IMG/VR virus record: IMGVR_UViG_3300035498_001143
Strand: one strand, 5' to 3'
DNA length: 64,000 nucleotides
DNA from: a virus
Taxonomy: Duplodnaviria; Heunggongvirae; Uroviricota; Caudoviricetes
Position numbers and translations under genes: made by a program. This document shows positions 28,156 to 38,504 of this stretch, in pieces. The number at the start of each line of letters is the position of its first letter. Position 1 is the first letter of the stretch. Under the pieces are notes generated by a model. The model ran no database searches and was not told where the DNA came from. It saw nothing but the letters and a program-made list of their open reading frames with translations.

Positions 28156-29003
28156 GTGATTATATTAAATCTCCAATTAATTATATTGGTGGTAAATTTA
28201 AATTATTAAAACATATAATTCCTGAGTTTCCAAATGATATAAATACATTTGTAGATTTATTCGGTGGAGCTTTTAATGTTGGTATTAATGTAAATGCTAA
28301 TAAAGTTATATATAATGATATAATCAATTATTTATCTGAATTATTTATATATTGGAAAAGTACAGAGCTTAAAGAAATAAATAATTATATTGATGAAAAA
28401 ATAAACGAGTATGATTTATCTTCAACTAATTTAGATGGATTTCTTAATTTTAGAAAAAATTATAATACAGTAAAAGATATTAGAGATTTATTTATATTAC
28501 TATGTTATTCTTTTAACTATCAAATAAGATTTAATAATAAACAAGAGTATAATAGTAGCTTTGGTAAAAAGAAAAGTACAATGAATCCTAACATACGAAG
28601 AAATTTAAATGTTTTTGTTGATAGATTACATAGTGGTAATTATGAGTTTGTAAATAAAAACTTTGTAAATTTTGATTTTTCTATATTAAATAAAAATGAT
28701 TTTGTTTATTGTGATTGTCCTTATACAATTAGTACAGGCGTTTATCAAGATGGTAAAAGAGGCTTTAATGGTTGGTCTAAAGAAGATGATACTAAATTGT
28801 TTAATATTCTTGATGAATTAAATAATAGAAATATTAGATTTGCTTTAAGCAATGTTTTTGAGAATAAGGACTTGAAGAATGAAGAGCTGATTGAATGGGC
28901 TAATAAGTATAACGTAATACATATAAACACAACATATAATGGAAGTAATTATCAAAGAAAATCAACAAGTAAAACCGATGAGGTTTTAATAAAAAATTAC
29001 TAA
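28152..29003 (+). CDS. Dam-like (D12-class) N6-adenine DNA methyltransferase
   Basis: N-terminal YIGGKFKLL...FVDLFGGAF (SAM-binding) and DCPY catalytic motif (a DPPY variant). Confidence 0.7.
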   Translation: MSDYIKSPINYIGGKFKLLKHIIPEFPNDINTFVDLFGGAFNVGINVNANKVIYNDIINYLSELFIYWKSTELKEINNYIDEKINEYDLSSTNLDGFLNFRKNYNTVKDIRDLFILLCYSFNYQIRFNNKQEYNSSFGKKKSTMNPNIRRNLNVFVDRLHSGNYEFVNKNFVNFDFSILNKNDFVYCDCPYTISTGVYQDGKRGFNGWSKEDDTKLFNILDELNNRNIRFALSNVFENKDLKNEELIEWANKYNVIHINTTYNGSNYQRKSTSKTDEVLIKNY

Positions 29004-29046
29004 GTAAAAGATTATTAAGTAAAGAAATATTAAGGAGGAAATAAAA

Positions 29047-29244
29047 ATGTACATTAATGTAACTAATTTTTTAAAGAAGAACCATATCAAGGACGTAGAA
29101 TTGGCTAATATCTTAGATATTTCATTTTATTCAGTAAAGAACAAATTAACAGGTAAACAACCATTCAAGACTTGTGAATTGAAAGTATTTAAGCAGCATT
29201 TCAATTTATCTGATGAGGAGTTCTGTAATATATTCTTTAACTAA
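29047..29244 (+). CDS. hypothetical protein
   Basis: ORF. Confidence 0.3.
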   Translation: MYINVTNFLKKNHIKDVELANILDISFYSVKNKLTGKQPFKTCELKVFKQHFNLSDEEFCNIFFN

Positions 29245-29261
29245 TTTATGGGGGAATAATA

Positions 29262-29543
29262 ATGGAAAATAAAAAGAGTAGTATTTTCACAAAGATAGTT
29301 CCTTATGTTATTGTCTTTCTAATTGGTGGTGCGATTGCTTGTGCTGCTACTGTTTATGTATATAGTTCAAAAACTTTTGCTATTGAAGTATTTGACGAAG
29401 ATAATAATTATTTATCCACAATAACAGAAAGATGGAGAAGTTGTCAGATAAAGAATAATTCTATTGTTGCTATTAAGTCAGATAATAGTACAGAAGAAAT
29501 TGGTTTTGGAGAAGGTAGTGTAATAATACGACCTATTAAATAA
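29262..29543 (+). CDS. hypothetical membrane-anchored protein
   Basis: N-terminal TM. Confidence 0.35.
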   Translation: MENKKSSIFTKIVPYVIVFLIGGAIACAATVYVYSSKTFAIEVFDEDNNYLSTITERWRSCQIKNNSIVAIKSDNSTEEIGFGEGSVIIRPIK

Positions 29544-29545
29544 TT

Positions 29546-29578
29546 AAAAGAGAGGATAATCTCCTCTCTTTTTTTATT
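29546..29578. terminator. bidirectional terminator
   Basis: aagagaggataatctcctctctt between convergent genes. Confidence 0.55.
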
Positions 29579-30020
29579 TTCTTAAATATTCATTGGCTAA
29601 TAATAAAAACTCCATAGGGTCAGAAATGATTTTCCTCTTATTATCATTAATTACTTTTACAGATTTATTTTCAGGTAAACTTAAAAAATGATGTAAACAA
29701 ACAGTTATATCTTTATTATTTGTTATTTCAAAAAGTAAAGGAATACAATTATCTCCACAATTAGAAATATTAAAAATCATTTTAGGGTTAGAGTAAATAA
29801 GTATTAATGTTTTTACTCCCGTAGAAAGATTTATAGGAGAAAATGTACCTAAAATATCGTTTTTTATAATATTATTATCTATAACTTCTGAATTATCTAT
29901 TTCTTTAATCATTCTTTTTACAAAATTATCAGAAAACCATTTATCTTTATAAGAATTATTAAAATATAAATCCGTATTATATATTTCGTCTTTATGACTT
30001 CCAAAATATATTTTAAGCAT
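29574..30020 (-). CDS. hypothetical protein
   Basis: Minus-strand ORF. Confidence 0.4.
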   Translation of the reverse strand: MLKIYFGSHKDEIYNTDLYFNNSYKDKWFSDNFVKRMIKEIDNSEVIDNNIIKNDILGTFSPINLSTGVKTLILIYSNPKMIFNISNCGDNCIPLLFEITNNKDITVCLHHFLSLPENKSVKVINDNKRKIISDPMEFLLLANEYLRK

Positions 30021-30114
30021 TTAAAAACACTTCCTTTCTTTTAATAATATTTATTTTAATAAATTTTCTTAATATATATTTATATATAGATTTTAATAAT
30101 TGAGGTGTAAGATA

Positions 30115-31071
30115 ATGAGCGATAAACAAAATTTAGATATATTTAGCTCTCCTAAAAGATTGTATGAGAAGTTAAATGAAAATGGATATATATGTACAAA
30201 AGAATTAGCTTTAATTGTTTATTTGGCATATAAGTTAGATAGACCTATAAATCTTGCAGGTTTACCTGGTTGTGGTAAAACAGAGATAGCCAAACAGGTA
30301 GCATTTTTAATGAATGGTACAGACCCCATTAGATTACAATGTTATGATGGACTTAGTGCAGAAGAAGCATTATATTCTTGGAATTATCAAAAGCAATTAT
30401 TGTATATTGAAGCTAATAAGAATAATCAAGATTGGGAAGCTATGGAGAATGATTTATATTCAGAAAAATTTATTTCTCCACGTCCATTATATAAAGCAAT
30501 TACATCTGATAAGAAAGAAGTATTATTAATTGATGAAATAGATAAAGCGGATGAGGATTTTGAATCTTTCTTGTTAGAGTTCCTTGCAGAACAACAAATA
30601 TCAATAGCTGAGAATAAAACAATAAAAGCTAAAAATAAACCATTAGTTTTTATTACTTGTAATGATAAAAGAGAACTTTCAGAAGCATTTAAAAGAAGAT
30701 GTTTGTTTTTATATATTGATTATCCATCTGTTGAAGAAGAAATAAAAATAGTATTATCTCACGTACCTAATATAAACAATTTATTAGTGTCACAGGTAGT
30801 TACATTCGTAGATAAAATAAGAAATGATAAATTGAAAAAAGCTCCATCTATTTCAGAAACTATTGACTGGGCAAAAACATTAGTTACTTTAAATGTAAAA
30901 GAATTATCTCCATCTGTTATTAAACAGACAATGAATGTATTATTAAAAACTCAATCTGATATTGAAATAGGCAATAGAAAGACTAATCAATATTACAAAG
31001 AATTACCTAAGGAATCTATTGTTAAGATAGATACAGTAGAAGATATTAGTGATGATGAATGGAATTTTTAA
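30115..31071 (+). CDS. MoxR-like AAA+ ATPase
   Basis: Walker A GLPGCGKT, Walker B LLIDEIDKAD, sensor motifs; the size and order of the motifs are typical of MoxR/RavA. Confidence 0.7.
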   Translation: MSDKQNLDIFSSPKRLYEKLNENGYICTKELALIVYLAYKLDRPINLAGLPGCGKTEIAKQVAFLMNGTDPIRLQCYDGLSAEEALYSWNYQKQLLYIEANKNNQDWEAMENDLYSEKFISPRPLYKAITSDKKEVLLIDEIDKADEDFESFLLEFLAEQQISIAENKTIKAKNKPLVFITCNDKRELSEAFKRRCLFLYIDYPSVEEEIKIVLSHVPNINNLLVSQVVTFVDKIRNDKLKKAPSISETIDWAKTLVTLNVKELSPSVIKQTMNVLLKTQSDIEIGNRKTNQYYKELPKESIVKIDTVEDISDDEWNF

Positions 31072-31087
31072 TTTTTTAAAAAAGCAC

Positions 31088-31116
31088 TTGACAAATCACA
31101 GAATTTGTAGTATAAT
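31088..31116 (+). promoter_or_regulatory. sigma70 promoter TTGACA-17-TATAAT
   Basis: Exact consensus. Confidence 0.6.
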
Positions 31117-31203
31117 ATACTTGTAAACAGAAAACAAGATATGAATAATAAATGAAAATGTATTATTCAATCTAATCTATCAAAGAAAAAGGAGATAATT
31201 AAA

Positions 31204-31701
31204 ATGAAAAGATTAGCAGGCAATGAAGAAAGTTCTTGGTTAAATATAATTGAGAACAACGAGGAAGAAATTATTAATGGTATAAAAGAAGCTTATGGTA
31301 TTACAATAAGACGTTCAGACCTTAAAGCGACTGTTAGTATTGATGATGAAGGTAATGTAGATGTATGGACACAACCACAGGGCAGTACTTCTTTTAATAA
31401 CAGCGAAGATGTAATAGACTTGTGTAGCGTTGAAAATGTCAACTATGAACCTGAAATCAGCGATGAAGAATTAAAAGATGATTTAAAGAATAACTTATCA
31501 GCAGAAGATTTTGCAGAAATTGAGGAATACATAAAAGAAAATGGTGGCTCTTATATAAGTGCGGTTGAATGTGATTTTGACCAATATATCGGTTTTCTTC
31601 ATGCATTGGAAGAAAAAGAAATTGAGTGGGAAGCAACAGAGGGTGCAGAAGATTACGCAAGAGTAAAATATGACGATATTGTTGCTGAATGGACAGACTA
31701 A
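31204..31701 (+). CDS. hypothetical acidic protein
   Basis: ORF; D/E-rich. Confidence 0.4.
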   Translation: MKRLAGNEESSWLNIIENNEEEIINGIKEAYGITIRRSDLKATVSIDDEGNVDVWTQPQGSTSFNNSEDVIDLCSVENVNYEPEISDEELKDDLKNNLSAEDFAEIEEYIKENGGSYISAVECDFDQYIGFLHALEEKEIEWEATEGAEDYARVKYDDIVAEWTD

Positions 31702-31712
31702 AAAAATTTTTA

Positions 31713-31743
31713 AAAGGTATGTTTTATACATACCTTTTTTTAT
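31713..31743 (+). terminator. rho-independent terminator
   Basis: aaaggtatg...catacctttt plus T8. Confidence 0.6.
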
Positions 31744-31815
31744 TGCAAAAAATTAACAAAAAGTAAGATTCTTAATATTAAATAATAAGATATTTTTATA
31801 AAAGGAAGTGAAAAA

Positions 31816-32115
31816 ATGACAGCTGAAACAAAACAAGGTATTATTTTCGATAGAATGACAAAGGAATTTGATACTTTTAAAAATACGGTATTTTGTAAAA
31901 GCAAGAAAACTATTGAAAATAATAGTTATGAATATTTTGTAAAAAGGTGTATGGTTGATTGTTTTGATTTATTTTCCTTTGATGTTGAAATATTAAACAA
32001 TTTAATAGATAAAGAAGCACCATTACAATATTTGTATGATAAATACCTTGCTGATTGTAAAGTCAATGTTCTTTTTTTCTTTAGAGATTATTTAAGTAAA
32101 AACGGGAGCAAATAA
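31816..32115 (+). CDS. hypothetical protein
   Basis: ORF. Confidence 0.35.
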   Translation: MTAETKQGIIFDRMTKEFDTFKNTVFCKSKKTIENNSYEYFVKRCMVDCFDLFSFDVEILNNLIDKEAPLQYLYDKYLADCKVNVLFFFRDYLSKNGSK

Positions 32116-32117
32116 AA

Positions 32118-33215
32118 ATGATTAATTTAATAAATGGTGATTGTCTTGAAAAAATGAAAGATATACAAGATAAGTCAATAGATTTAATTCTGTGCGATTT
32201 GCCTTATGGTACTCAAAAAAGTAATGGTTGTAAATGGGATATAATTATTCCTTTTGACAAACTATGGGAGCAATATAATAGAATCATAAAAGATGATGGT
32301 GCTATTGTTTTATTCGGAAAAGAACCTTTTAGTTCTTTATTAAGAGCGAGTAATTTAAATATGTATAAATATGATTGGATATGGAGTAAAGATACCAAGA
32401 GTAATTTTATGCAGTGTAATTATCAACCATTAAATAATTTGGAATGTATATCTGTGTTTTCAAAGGCTTACGCAAGAGAAATAAAAGATAAAGTAAAAAT
32501 GAAATACAATCCTCAATTTTCAGAGGGAGATAGTTATAAACTCCCAAAAGAAAGTAGTACGACAGAAATATTTAGTTCTAATCATAAAAACGGTAAATAC
32601 ATACATAAAGATAGAGATACATCAAAAAGATACCCATATAATACATTATTCTTTAATTCTGTAAAAGGAAAAGAAAAAATACATCCTACACAAAAACCAA
32701 TTGATTTATTAGAGTATTTAATAAAAACATATACAGATGAAAATGATTTAGTATTAGATAACTGTATGGGAAGTGGAAGTACAGGTATTGCTTGTATTAA
32801 TACTAATAGAAATTTTATAGGAATAGAAAAAGATATTGATTTTTATATAAAGGCGAGTAATAGAATAGAAGACCATAAAAATAGCATTTTATTAACTCAA
32901 GCAGTAAATGTAACTATTGATTGTATTAACGAAGATTATGAAGAATATGATGAAAATTACAATGAAGAAAATATTCAAGATTTTGAAATAAATTGTTTTG
33001 AATTGCCTAAACGTGATATTGATGATATTGCAGGAAATGAAATACAATTAGGAAATAATTATTTTTTTCGAGAACCTGAACAATTAGATAAAGTAGAATT
33101 TATTTCGTTTAAAAAACCTGATGATGAATATTTAGAACCACTTAATTCTGAAAGATTTGAAAATATTTTTGTAAAAGAAAGGTTTTATGAAGAAAAACCT
33201 TTAGAAAGGAAATAA
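32118..33215 (+). CDS. N4/N6 DNA methyltransferase, beta class, with acidic C-terminal extension
   Basis: N-terminal DLILCDLPYGT (catalytic) and C-terminal HPTQKP...DNCMGSGSTGIAC (SAM binding), the circularly permuted beta order. Confidence 0.75.
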   Translation: MINLINGDCLEKMKDIQDKSIDLILCDLPYGTQKSNGCKWDIIIPFDKLWEQYNRIIKDDGAIVLFGKEPFSSLLRASNLNMYKYDWIWSKDTKSNFMQCNYQPLNNLECISVFSKAYAREIKDKVKMKYNPQFSEGDSYKLPKESSTTEIFSSNHKNGKYIHKDRDTSKRYPYNTLFFNSVKGKEKIHPTQKPIDLLEYLIKTYTDENDLVLDNCMGSGSTGIACINTNRNFIGIEKDIDFYIKASNRIEDHKNSILLTQAVNVTIDCINEDYEEYDENYNEENIQDFEINCFELPKRDIDDIAGNEIQLGNNYFFREPEQLDKVEFISFKKPDDEYLEPLNSERFENIFVKERFYEEKPLERK

Positions 33216-33233
33216 TTAGAAAGGAAACAAAGA

Positions 33234-33917
33234 ATGAAATTATATAATAAAGATTGTTTAGAAGTTTTAAATAGATTAGAAGATAATTCAATTGACTTAT
33301 TGATTACTGACCCACCATATCCTGTAACATCAAGAGGCTCTGCAGGTAATAGCGGTGGTATGATGCAGAAAGATGTAAATAAAAAAGGTAAGGTTTTTCA
33401 ATTTAATGATATTAAATGTGAAGATTATGCACCTGAATTTTTTAGAATATTAAAAGACGGTAGCCATTGTTATGTAATGACTAATCACGTTAATTTAATT
33501 AATATGCTTAATACTTTTACTAATTGTGGTTTTCATTTTATTAAATGCTTAATTTGGAATAAAGGCAATAAGATTATGGGTCAGTATTATATGTCACAAT
33601 TTGAATACATACTCTTTTTTAGAAAAGGCAAAGGCGTAAAAATAAATAATTGTGGTACATCTGATATTTTATCTATTCCTAATAAAAAGAAAAAAGATGA
33701 GAATGGAAAGAACTTGCACGATACAGAAAAACCAGTTGAGCTTATGGAAATATTAGTTGGTAATTCAAGTAAAGAAAATGATACAGTTATTGACCCATTT
33801 ATGGGGATTGGTGCAACAGGAGTTGCTTGCAAAAATTTAAATAGAGATTTTATAGGCGTTGAATTAGATGAACATTATTTTAATATTGCCAAAGATAGGA
33901 TAAATAAAGGGGAGTAA
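33234..33917 (+). CDS. N4/N6 DNA methyltransferase, beta class
   Basis: DLLITDPPY then HDTEKP...DPFMGIGATGVAC. Confidence 0.75.
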   Translation: MKLYNKDCLEVLNRLEDNSIDLLITDPPYPVTSRGSAGNSGGMMQKDVNKKGKVFQFNDIKCEDYAPEFFRILKDGSHCYVMTNHVNLINMLNTFTNCGFHFIKCLIWNKGNKIMGQYYMSQFEYILFFRKGKGVKINNCGTSDILSIPNKKKKDENGKNLHDTEKPVELMEILVGNSSKENDTVIDPFMGIGATGVACKNLNRDFIGVELDEHYFNIAKDRINKGE

Positions 33918-33918
33918 T

Positions 33919-35129
33919 ATGAAAAAAATTAAATTAACTGCAAATATTCTTTTTAGTGGTATTGGCTGTCAAGAATATGGATGGAGAAAGAGTAATTTAT
34001 TTGATATAGAAGTATTAAATACTTCTGATATATACAAAGAAGCTGTATTATCTTATGCTGCTATACATTGTGATATGACTAATGAAATGGTAGATAGTTA
34101 TGATTATCCAACAAAAGAAGAAATGATTGAACATTTAACTAAAATAAATTTAGGATATGATGCAGATAAAAATAAACCATTTAATTGGAATAAGGTAAAA
34201 GATAATGATTTAAAGAAATATTACCTTGCTTGTAAATTAACAAATAATTTAGGTGATATTTCAAAAATTGAAGATTTACCTTATGCTGATTTTTGGACTA
34301 TTTCTTTTCCTTGTCAATCAATTTCAATATGTGGAAAATTAAAAGGTTTTACAGAGGGTTCTAATACAAGAAGTAGTTTATTATGGGAAAATATAAGATT
34401 ATTAAAAATTGCTAAAGAAAAGAATAAAACACCTAAGTATCTTATGTTCGAAAACGTAAAAAATTTACTTAGTAAAAGGTTTGAAAATGATTTTAAAGAT
34501 TTAGTTGATATATTAGACGATTTAGGTTTTAATATTTATTATAACGTATTAAATTCTAAATGTTGTGGAGTACCACAAAATAGAGAAAGAGTTTTTGTTA
34601 TTTGTATTAGAAAAGATACTGATACTAATTTATTTACTTTTCCAAAACCATTTGATAATGGAATGAGATTAAAAGATATTTTGGAAGATGAAGTTGATGA
34701 AAAATATTACATAAGTGAAGCAGCACAGAAAAAATTAAAATTTATAACTACTAATAGTAAAAACGATACTTTCCAATTAAAACAAATTGCTCAAATGTAT
34801 GGTACAGATAAAGAACCTAATCCTCAGGCAGGTAGAGTTTATAGTGAAGATTATATTTGCCCTACTTTAGATACTTGTAGCGGGGGAATAGAATGCCAAA
34901 AGTGTATAGAGAACCAAGAGTAAGAAAACTTACACCAAGAGAATGCTTTGCATTACAAGGTTTTACTTTTGAAGATTGTAATAAAGCAATAGATATAGGT
35001 GTTGCTGATTCTCATTTATACAAACAAGCAGGTAATGGTATTACGACTAATTGTTGTGCATTGTTAGCAGAACATTTATATAAAGCTCAATATAATAACT
35101 TTTACATTTGTAGTGATGAAAAATATTAA
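33919..35129 (+). CDS. C5-cytosine DNA methyltransferase interrupted by a frameshift at a G5 run (34882-34886)
   Basis: Motif I FSGIGC, IV FPCQ, VI ENV in the frame ending at 34923. Motif IX RKLTPRECFALQGF and X GNG are in the frame opening at 34881. One extra G would fuse them. Confidence 0.6.
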
Positions 35130-35141
35130 GAAGGTGAAAAT

Positions 35142-35858
35142 TTGGAATATAATGAATGTAAAATATTATGTACATTAGAAAAAGAAAAAACTCCTTTAAA
35201 AACAGTTGTACCTGTTGATGAATTTACTAAAAAATTAGAGTTAAATTTTGATTATGATTTTAATGGAGAAAATATTGTTTATCCTTATAAATATCCTGAG
35301 ATATTAGATAATATAGATTATAAAATATTATGTATTGTTGGTGCAAGTGGTAGTGGCAAGTCAACATTAATTAAAAAGTTCCCTTTCTATAAAGAGAATA
35401 ATAAACAATTTAATAATGAAAAAGCCATTGTTTCTAATTTTAATAATTTTGAAGAGGCAAGTGAGAAATTAATTGCAGTAGGTTTATCTTCTTTGCCTAT
35501 TTGGAGTAGACCAAGAAATGTTTTATCTATTGGTGAAGCTTTTAGAGCTGATTTAGCTTTAAATTTAGATAGTTATTCTGTATTTGATGAATTTACAAGT
35601 ACAGTAGATAGAAATGTAGCTAAATCTACTTGTTGTTCTATTTCTAAGTATATAAATAATAAAGAACTTACTCATATTGTTTTTTCAAGTTGTCATAAAG
35701 ATTTTATTTCTTATTTAAATCCTGATATTGTTATTGATTTAGATGATGAAAAAATATATGACTGTCGAGGTATTGACTTAAAAAAAGAATTACTCTCCAA
35801 GTATACGAATCAACAGACAAAGATATTTGGAGAGTATTTAGGAAACATCACTATTTAA
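35142..35858 (+). CDS. compact ABC-type ATPase domain protein
   Basis: Walker A GASGSGKST, signature-like LSIGEAFRADLA, Walker B VFDEFTSTVD, H-loop HIVFSSCH. Confidence 0.55.
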   Translation: MEYNECKILCTLEKEKTPLKTVVPVDEFTKKLELNFDYDFNGENIVYPYKYPEILDNIDYKILCIVGASGSGKSTLIKKFPFYKENNKQFNNEKAIVSNFNNFEEASEKLIAVGLSSLPIWSRPRNVLSIGEAFRADLALNLDSYSVFDEFTSTVDRNVAKSTCCSISKYINNKELTHIVFSSCHKDFISYLNPDIVIDLDDEKIYDCRGIDLKKELLSKYTNQQTKIFGEYLGNITI

Positions 35859-36487
35859 GTGCTGATTTTAATAAAGCAGCAAGATTATTCTTGGTATATT
35901 GGGATAATGTTTTAGTTGCATTATGTTCTATGTTACCTAATCCAAGTGGTACAGTAAAACACGGTTTTAGATGCCATAGATTGGTTGTCTTACCTGATTA
36001 TCAAGGTTTAGGTTTTGGTACTAAAATAACAGAATATATTGCTGATATTTATTTAAAAGAGGGTAAAAGGTTTTATTTTAGAACAACTCATAAGAAATTA
36101 CTTAATCATATGGATAGTAGCGATTTATGGGTTGGTACAAGTCATAATAATAAACCACAAACTACTGATATTCAAGGTAGAGAATTAAAAACTAAGAAAA
36201 GAATTTGTGGTAGTTATGAATATGTAGGTAATGATTATATTTCTAAACCACACAAAGAAATTGTTATTGACGAAATAAATGATTTAAATAAATTAAAAAA
36301 TTATTTAATAAGTTTACAAAAACAATATTATGTAATTATTATTCACGGTAAGTCTGAATGTGATGATGAAATCGATATACTTTGTCAAAAATTAGCTATA
36401 AGAACAAAAACTTTATATATAAAGAAAAAAGATACATACACTAAGAAAAAAATTCCTAAGAATGTAGAAATTTATAAGGAGAATTGA
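35789..36487 (+). CDS. GNAT-like acetyltransferase domain in the -1 frame relative to the ABC ATPase; probably its C-terminal extension via frameshift
   Basis: GNAT motif A RLVVLPDYQGLGFGTKI. The -1 frame is open from just after the A7 run at 35780-35786, with no independent RBS. Confidence 0.4.
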   Translation: MTLQVYESTDKDIWRVFRKHHYLSADFNKAARLFLVYWDNVLVALCSMLPNPSGTVKHGFRCHRLVVLPDYQGLGFGTKITEYIADIYLKEGKRFYFRTTHKKLLNHMDSSDLWVGTSHNNKPQTTDIQGRELKTKKRICGSYEYVGNDYISKPHKEIVIDEINDLNKLKNYLISLQKQYYVIIIHGKSECDDEIDILCQKLAIRTKTLYIKKKDTYTKKKIPKNVEIYKEN

Positions 36488-37317
36488 TTATGTATGAACC
36501 TGTTATAAAATGGTCGGGTAGTAAAAGAAGTCAAGCAGAAGAAATACTAAAGTATTTTCCTAAAGAAATAGATACATATTATGAACCATTCTGCGGTGGA
36601 GCTTCTATGTTGAGAAGATTATTAGATGCAGATATAAAGGTAAATAAATATGTTTGTAGTGATTTAAATAAAGATTTAATAGATTTATTTAATTTAATAA
36701 AAACTCAACCATATCAAGTATCTGAACATTATAGAGAGTTATGGAATAAATTAAATATTGACGATGATAAGAAAAGAAAAAAGAATTTCTTTAATGAAAT
36801 AAGAGATAAATTAAATAAAGAACACAATCCATTAGATTTTATGTTTATTATGAGAACTACAACAAATGGTATGCCAAGATATAATGCAAAGGGTGAATTT
36901 AATAATTCTTTTCATATAACAAGAGATGGTATAAATCCTGATACATTAAAAAATATTATTTATGAGTGGAGTAATTTATTAAATGATAATAATGTTGAAT
37001 TTATAAATTGTTCTTATGAAAAAGTAAAACCTAATAAAAATGATTTTCTTTATTTAGACCCACCATATTATAATACTAAAGGTATGTATTATGGAAGAAT
37101 TGATTATGATGAATTTTTTGATTATTTAAGAAATATACCTTGTAATTATATATTAAGTTTTGATGGTATAAGCGGAGATAAAAACAATACAGCAAATATA
37201 CCTAACGATATATATACTAAACACGAATATATAAAAAGCGGTAATTCTTCATTTAAAAGAATTATTGGTAATTCAAAAGATAGTATTGTTTATGAGAGTA
37301 TTTACATAAAGGAATGA
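36484..37317 (+). CDS. Dam-like (D12-class) N6-adenine DNA methyltransferase
   Basis: WSGSKRS...YYEPFCGGAS and DPPY. Confidence 0.75.
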   Translation: MIMYEPVIKWSGSKRSQAEEILKYFPKEIDTYYEPFCGGASMLRRLLDADIKVNKYVCSDLNKDLIDLFNLIKTQPYQVSEHYRELWNKLNIDDDKKRKKNFFNEIRDKLNKEHNPLDFMFIMRTTTNGMPRYNAKGEFNNSFHITRDGINPDTLKNIIYEWSNLLNDNNVEFINCSYEKVKPNKNDFLYLDPPYYNTKGMYYGRIDYDEFFDYLRNIPCNYILSFDGISGDKNNTANIPNDIYTKHEYIKSGNSSFKRIIGNSKDSIVYESIYIKE

Positions 37318-37511
37318 TGATTATTTTGAATAGAAATTTTGAAACTATAGATTATAGTATCTTTTCGTTAGAACACAATTCTATGTTTGAAAATGATAAA
37401 ACATTTAATTTTTATGGAATTGGTATTTCTGATGAAAATAATAATTATGGAAATATAAAAATAAATGATATTATTTTAAATAATGCGGAAGAAGATAATT
37501 ACTTATTTTAA
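37314..37511 (+). CDS. hypothetical protein
   Basis: ORF. Confidence 0.3.
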   Translation: MMIILNRNFETIDYSIFSLEHNSMFENDKTFNFYGIGISDENNNYGNIKINDIILNNAEEDNYLF

Positions 37512-37536
37512 GCACCTTTTAATAGGTGCTTTTTTA
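37511..37536 (+). terminator. rho-independent terminator
   Basis: aagcaccttttaataggtgctt plus T6. Confidence 0.6.
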
Positions 37537-37565
37537 TTGACGAATAATAAAAATTGTGGTATAAT
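37537..37565 (+). promoter_or_regulatory. sigma70 promoter TTGACG-17-TGnTATAAT
   Basis: Near consensus. Confidence 0.55.
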
Positions 37566-37598
37566 ATAAACAAAAAATATTTAAAAGGAGGAGAAAAG

Positions 37599-38156
37599 TT
37601 GAAAGATTTTACATTTGATTATTGGAGAGATAGTCTTGATAGTAATAAATTGTTTCTTGATGAGGGATATTGCATTTCAAATAATTGGGAAGATTATACT
37701 TATATTCCTTATTCTTTGAGAGAATTATCAGGTGAAGTTTTTAATGAAAAATTATATAATGCAAAAAAGAATAATTCTAAGAAAACTTCTAAGAATAAAA
37801 TAATAGATAACGACTTAAAGAAAAATCTTATTACAAAATTAGTATGTACTAATGAAAAAAGAGTAAGAAATATTATCGGTGGATTAACAATCGGACAAGA
37901 TGTTAATTTTGAATATACTAAAAAAGGAGTAAGTTGTTTTGTTGATAAATTAGAGTACCATAAATCAAAAAGAAATATTATTGTAGATAAAAAACATTTC
38001 ATAGGTCATATTCCTTTTTCAAAAACTTCTTTAATAAAAAATAACAAAAGTAATATTAGAAGTATAGAGATTTTTGATATAAAAGAAAAGTATAAAAATC
38101 AAAAAGCAATAATAATTAAAATAGAATTTTTAGAAGGAGTAAAAATAGATGGCTAA
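37599..38156 (+). CDS. hypothetical basic protein
   Basis: TTG after RBS aaaggagg. Confidence 0.4.
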   Translation: MKDFTFDYWRDSLDSNKLFLDEGYCISNNWEDYTYIPYSLRELSGEVFNEKLYNAKKNNSKKTSKNKIIDNDLKKNLITKLVCTNEKRVRNIIGGLTIGQDVNFEYTKKGVSCFVDKLEYHKSKRNIIVDKKHFIGHIPFSKTSLIKNNKSNIRSIEIFDIKEKYKNQKAIIIKIEFLEGVKIDG

Positions 38157-38504
38157 GAAGAAAGAAAAAAAAGTCGATATTGATAAGATGTTAGCCAATG
38201 AGGTAGTTTATGACGTACCTATAGCAAAAACAATAAGAAACTCAACATTGAATTATGCTATGTCAGTTATTACAGATAGAGCCTTACCTGATGTAAGAGA
38301 TGGTTGTAAACCAATACAAAGAAAAGTCTTGTATGCAACTTATGTAAAAAAAATATTTCCTAATTCAAAGTTTACAAAAAATGCTGAAATCGTAGGTGAA
38401 GTAATAGGTAAATACAGTCCTCACGGTGATACGAGTACTTATGGAGCTTTAGTAAATTTGGCTCAACCTTGGAACACAAAATATCCATTAATTGATTTTC
38501 ACGG
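38149..38504 (+). CDS. gyrA: DNA gyrase/topo II subunit A, exon 1 (through the HPHGD-region up to LIDFHG)
   Basis: ...GCKPIQRKVLYA...KYSPHGDTSTYGALVNLAQPW..., the GyrA N-terminal motifs. The frame stops 3 codons after the junction. Confidence 0.8.
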
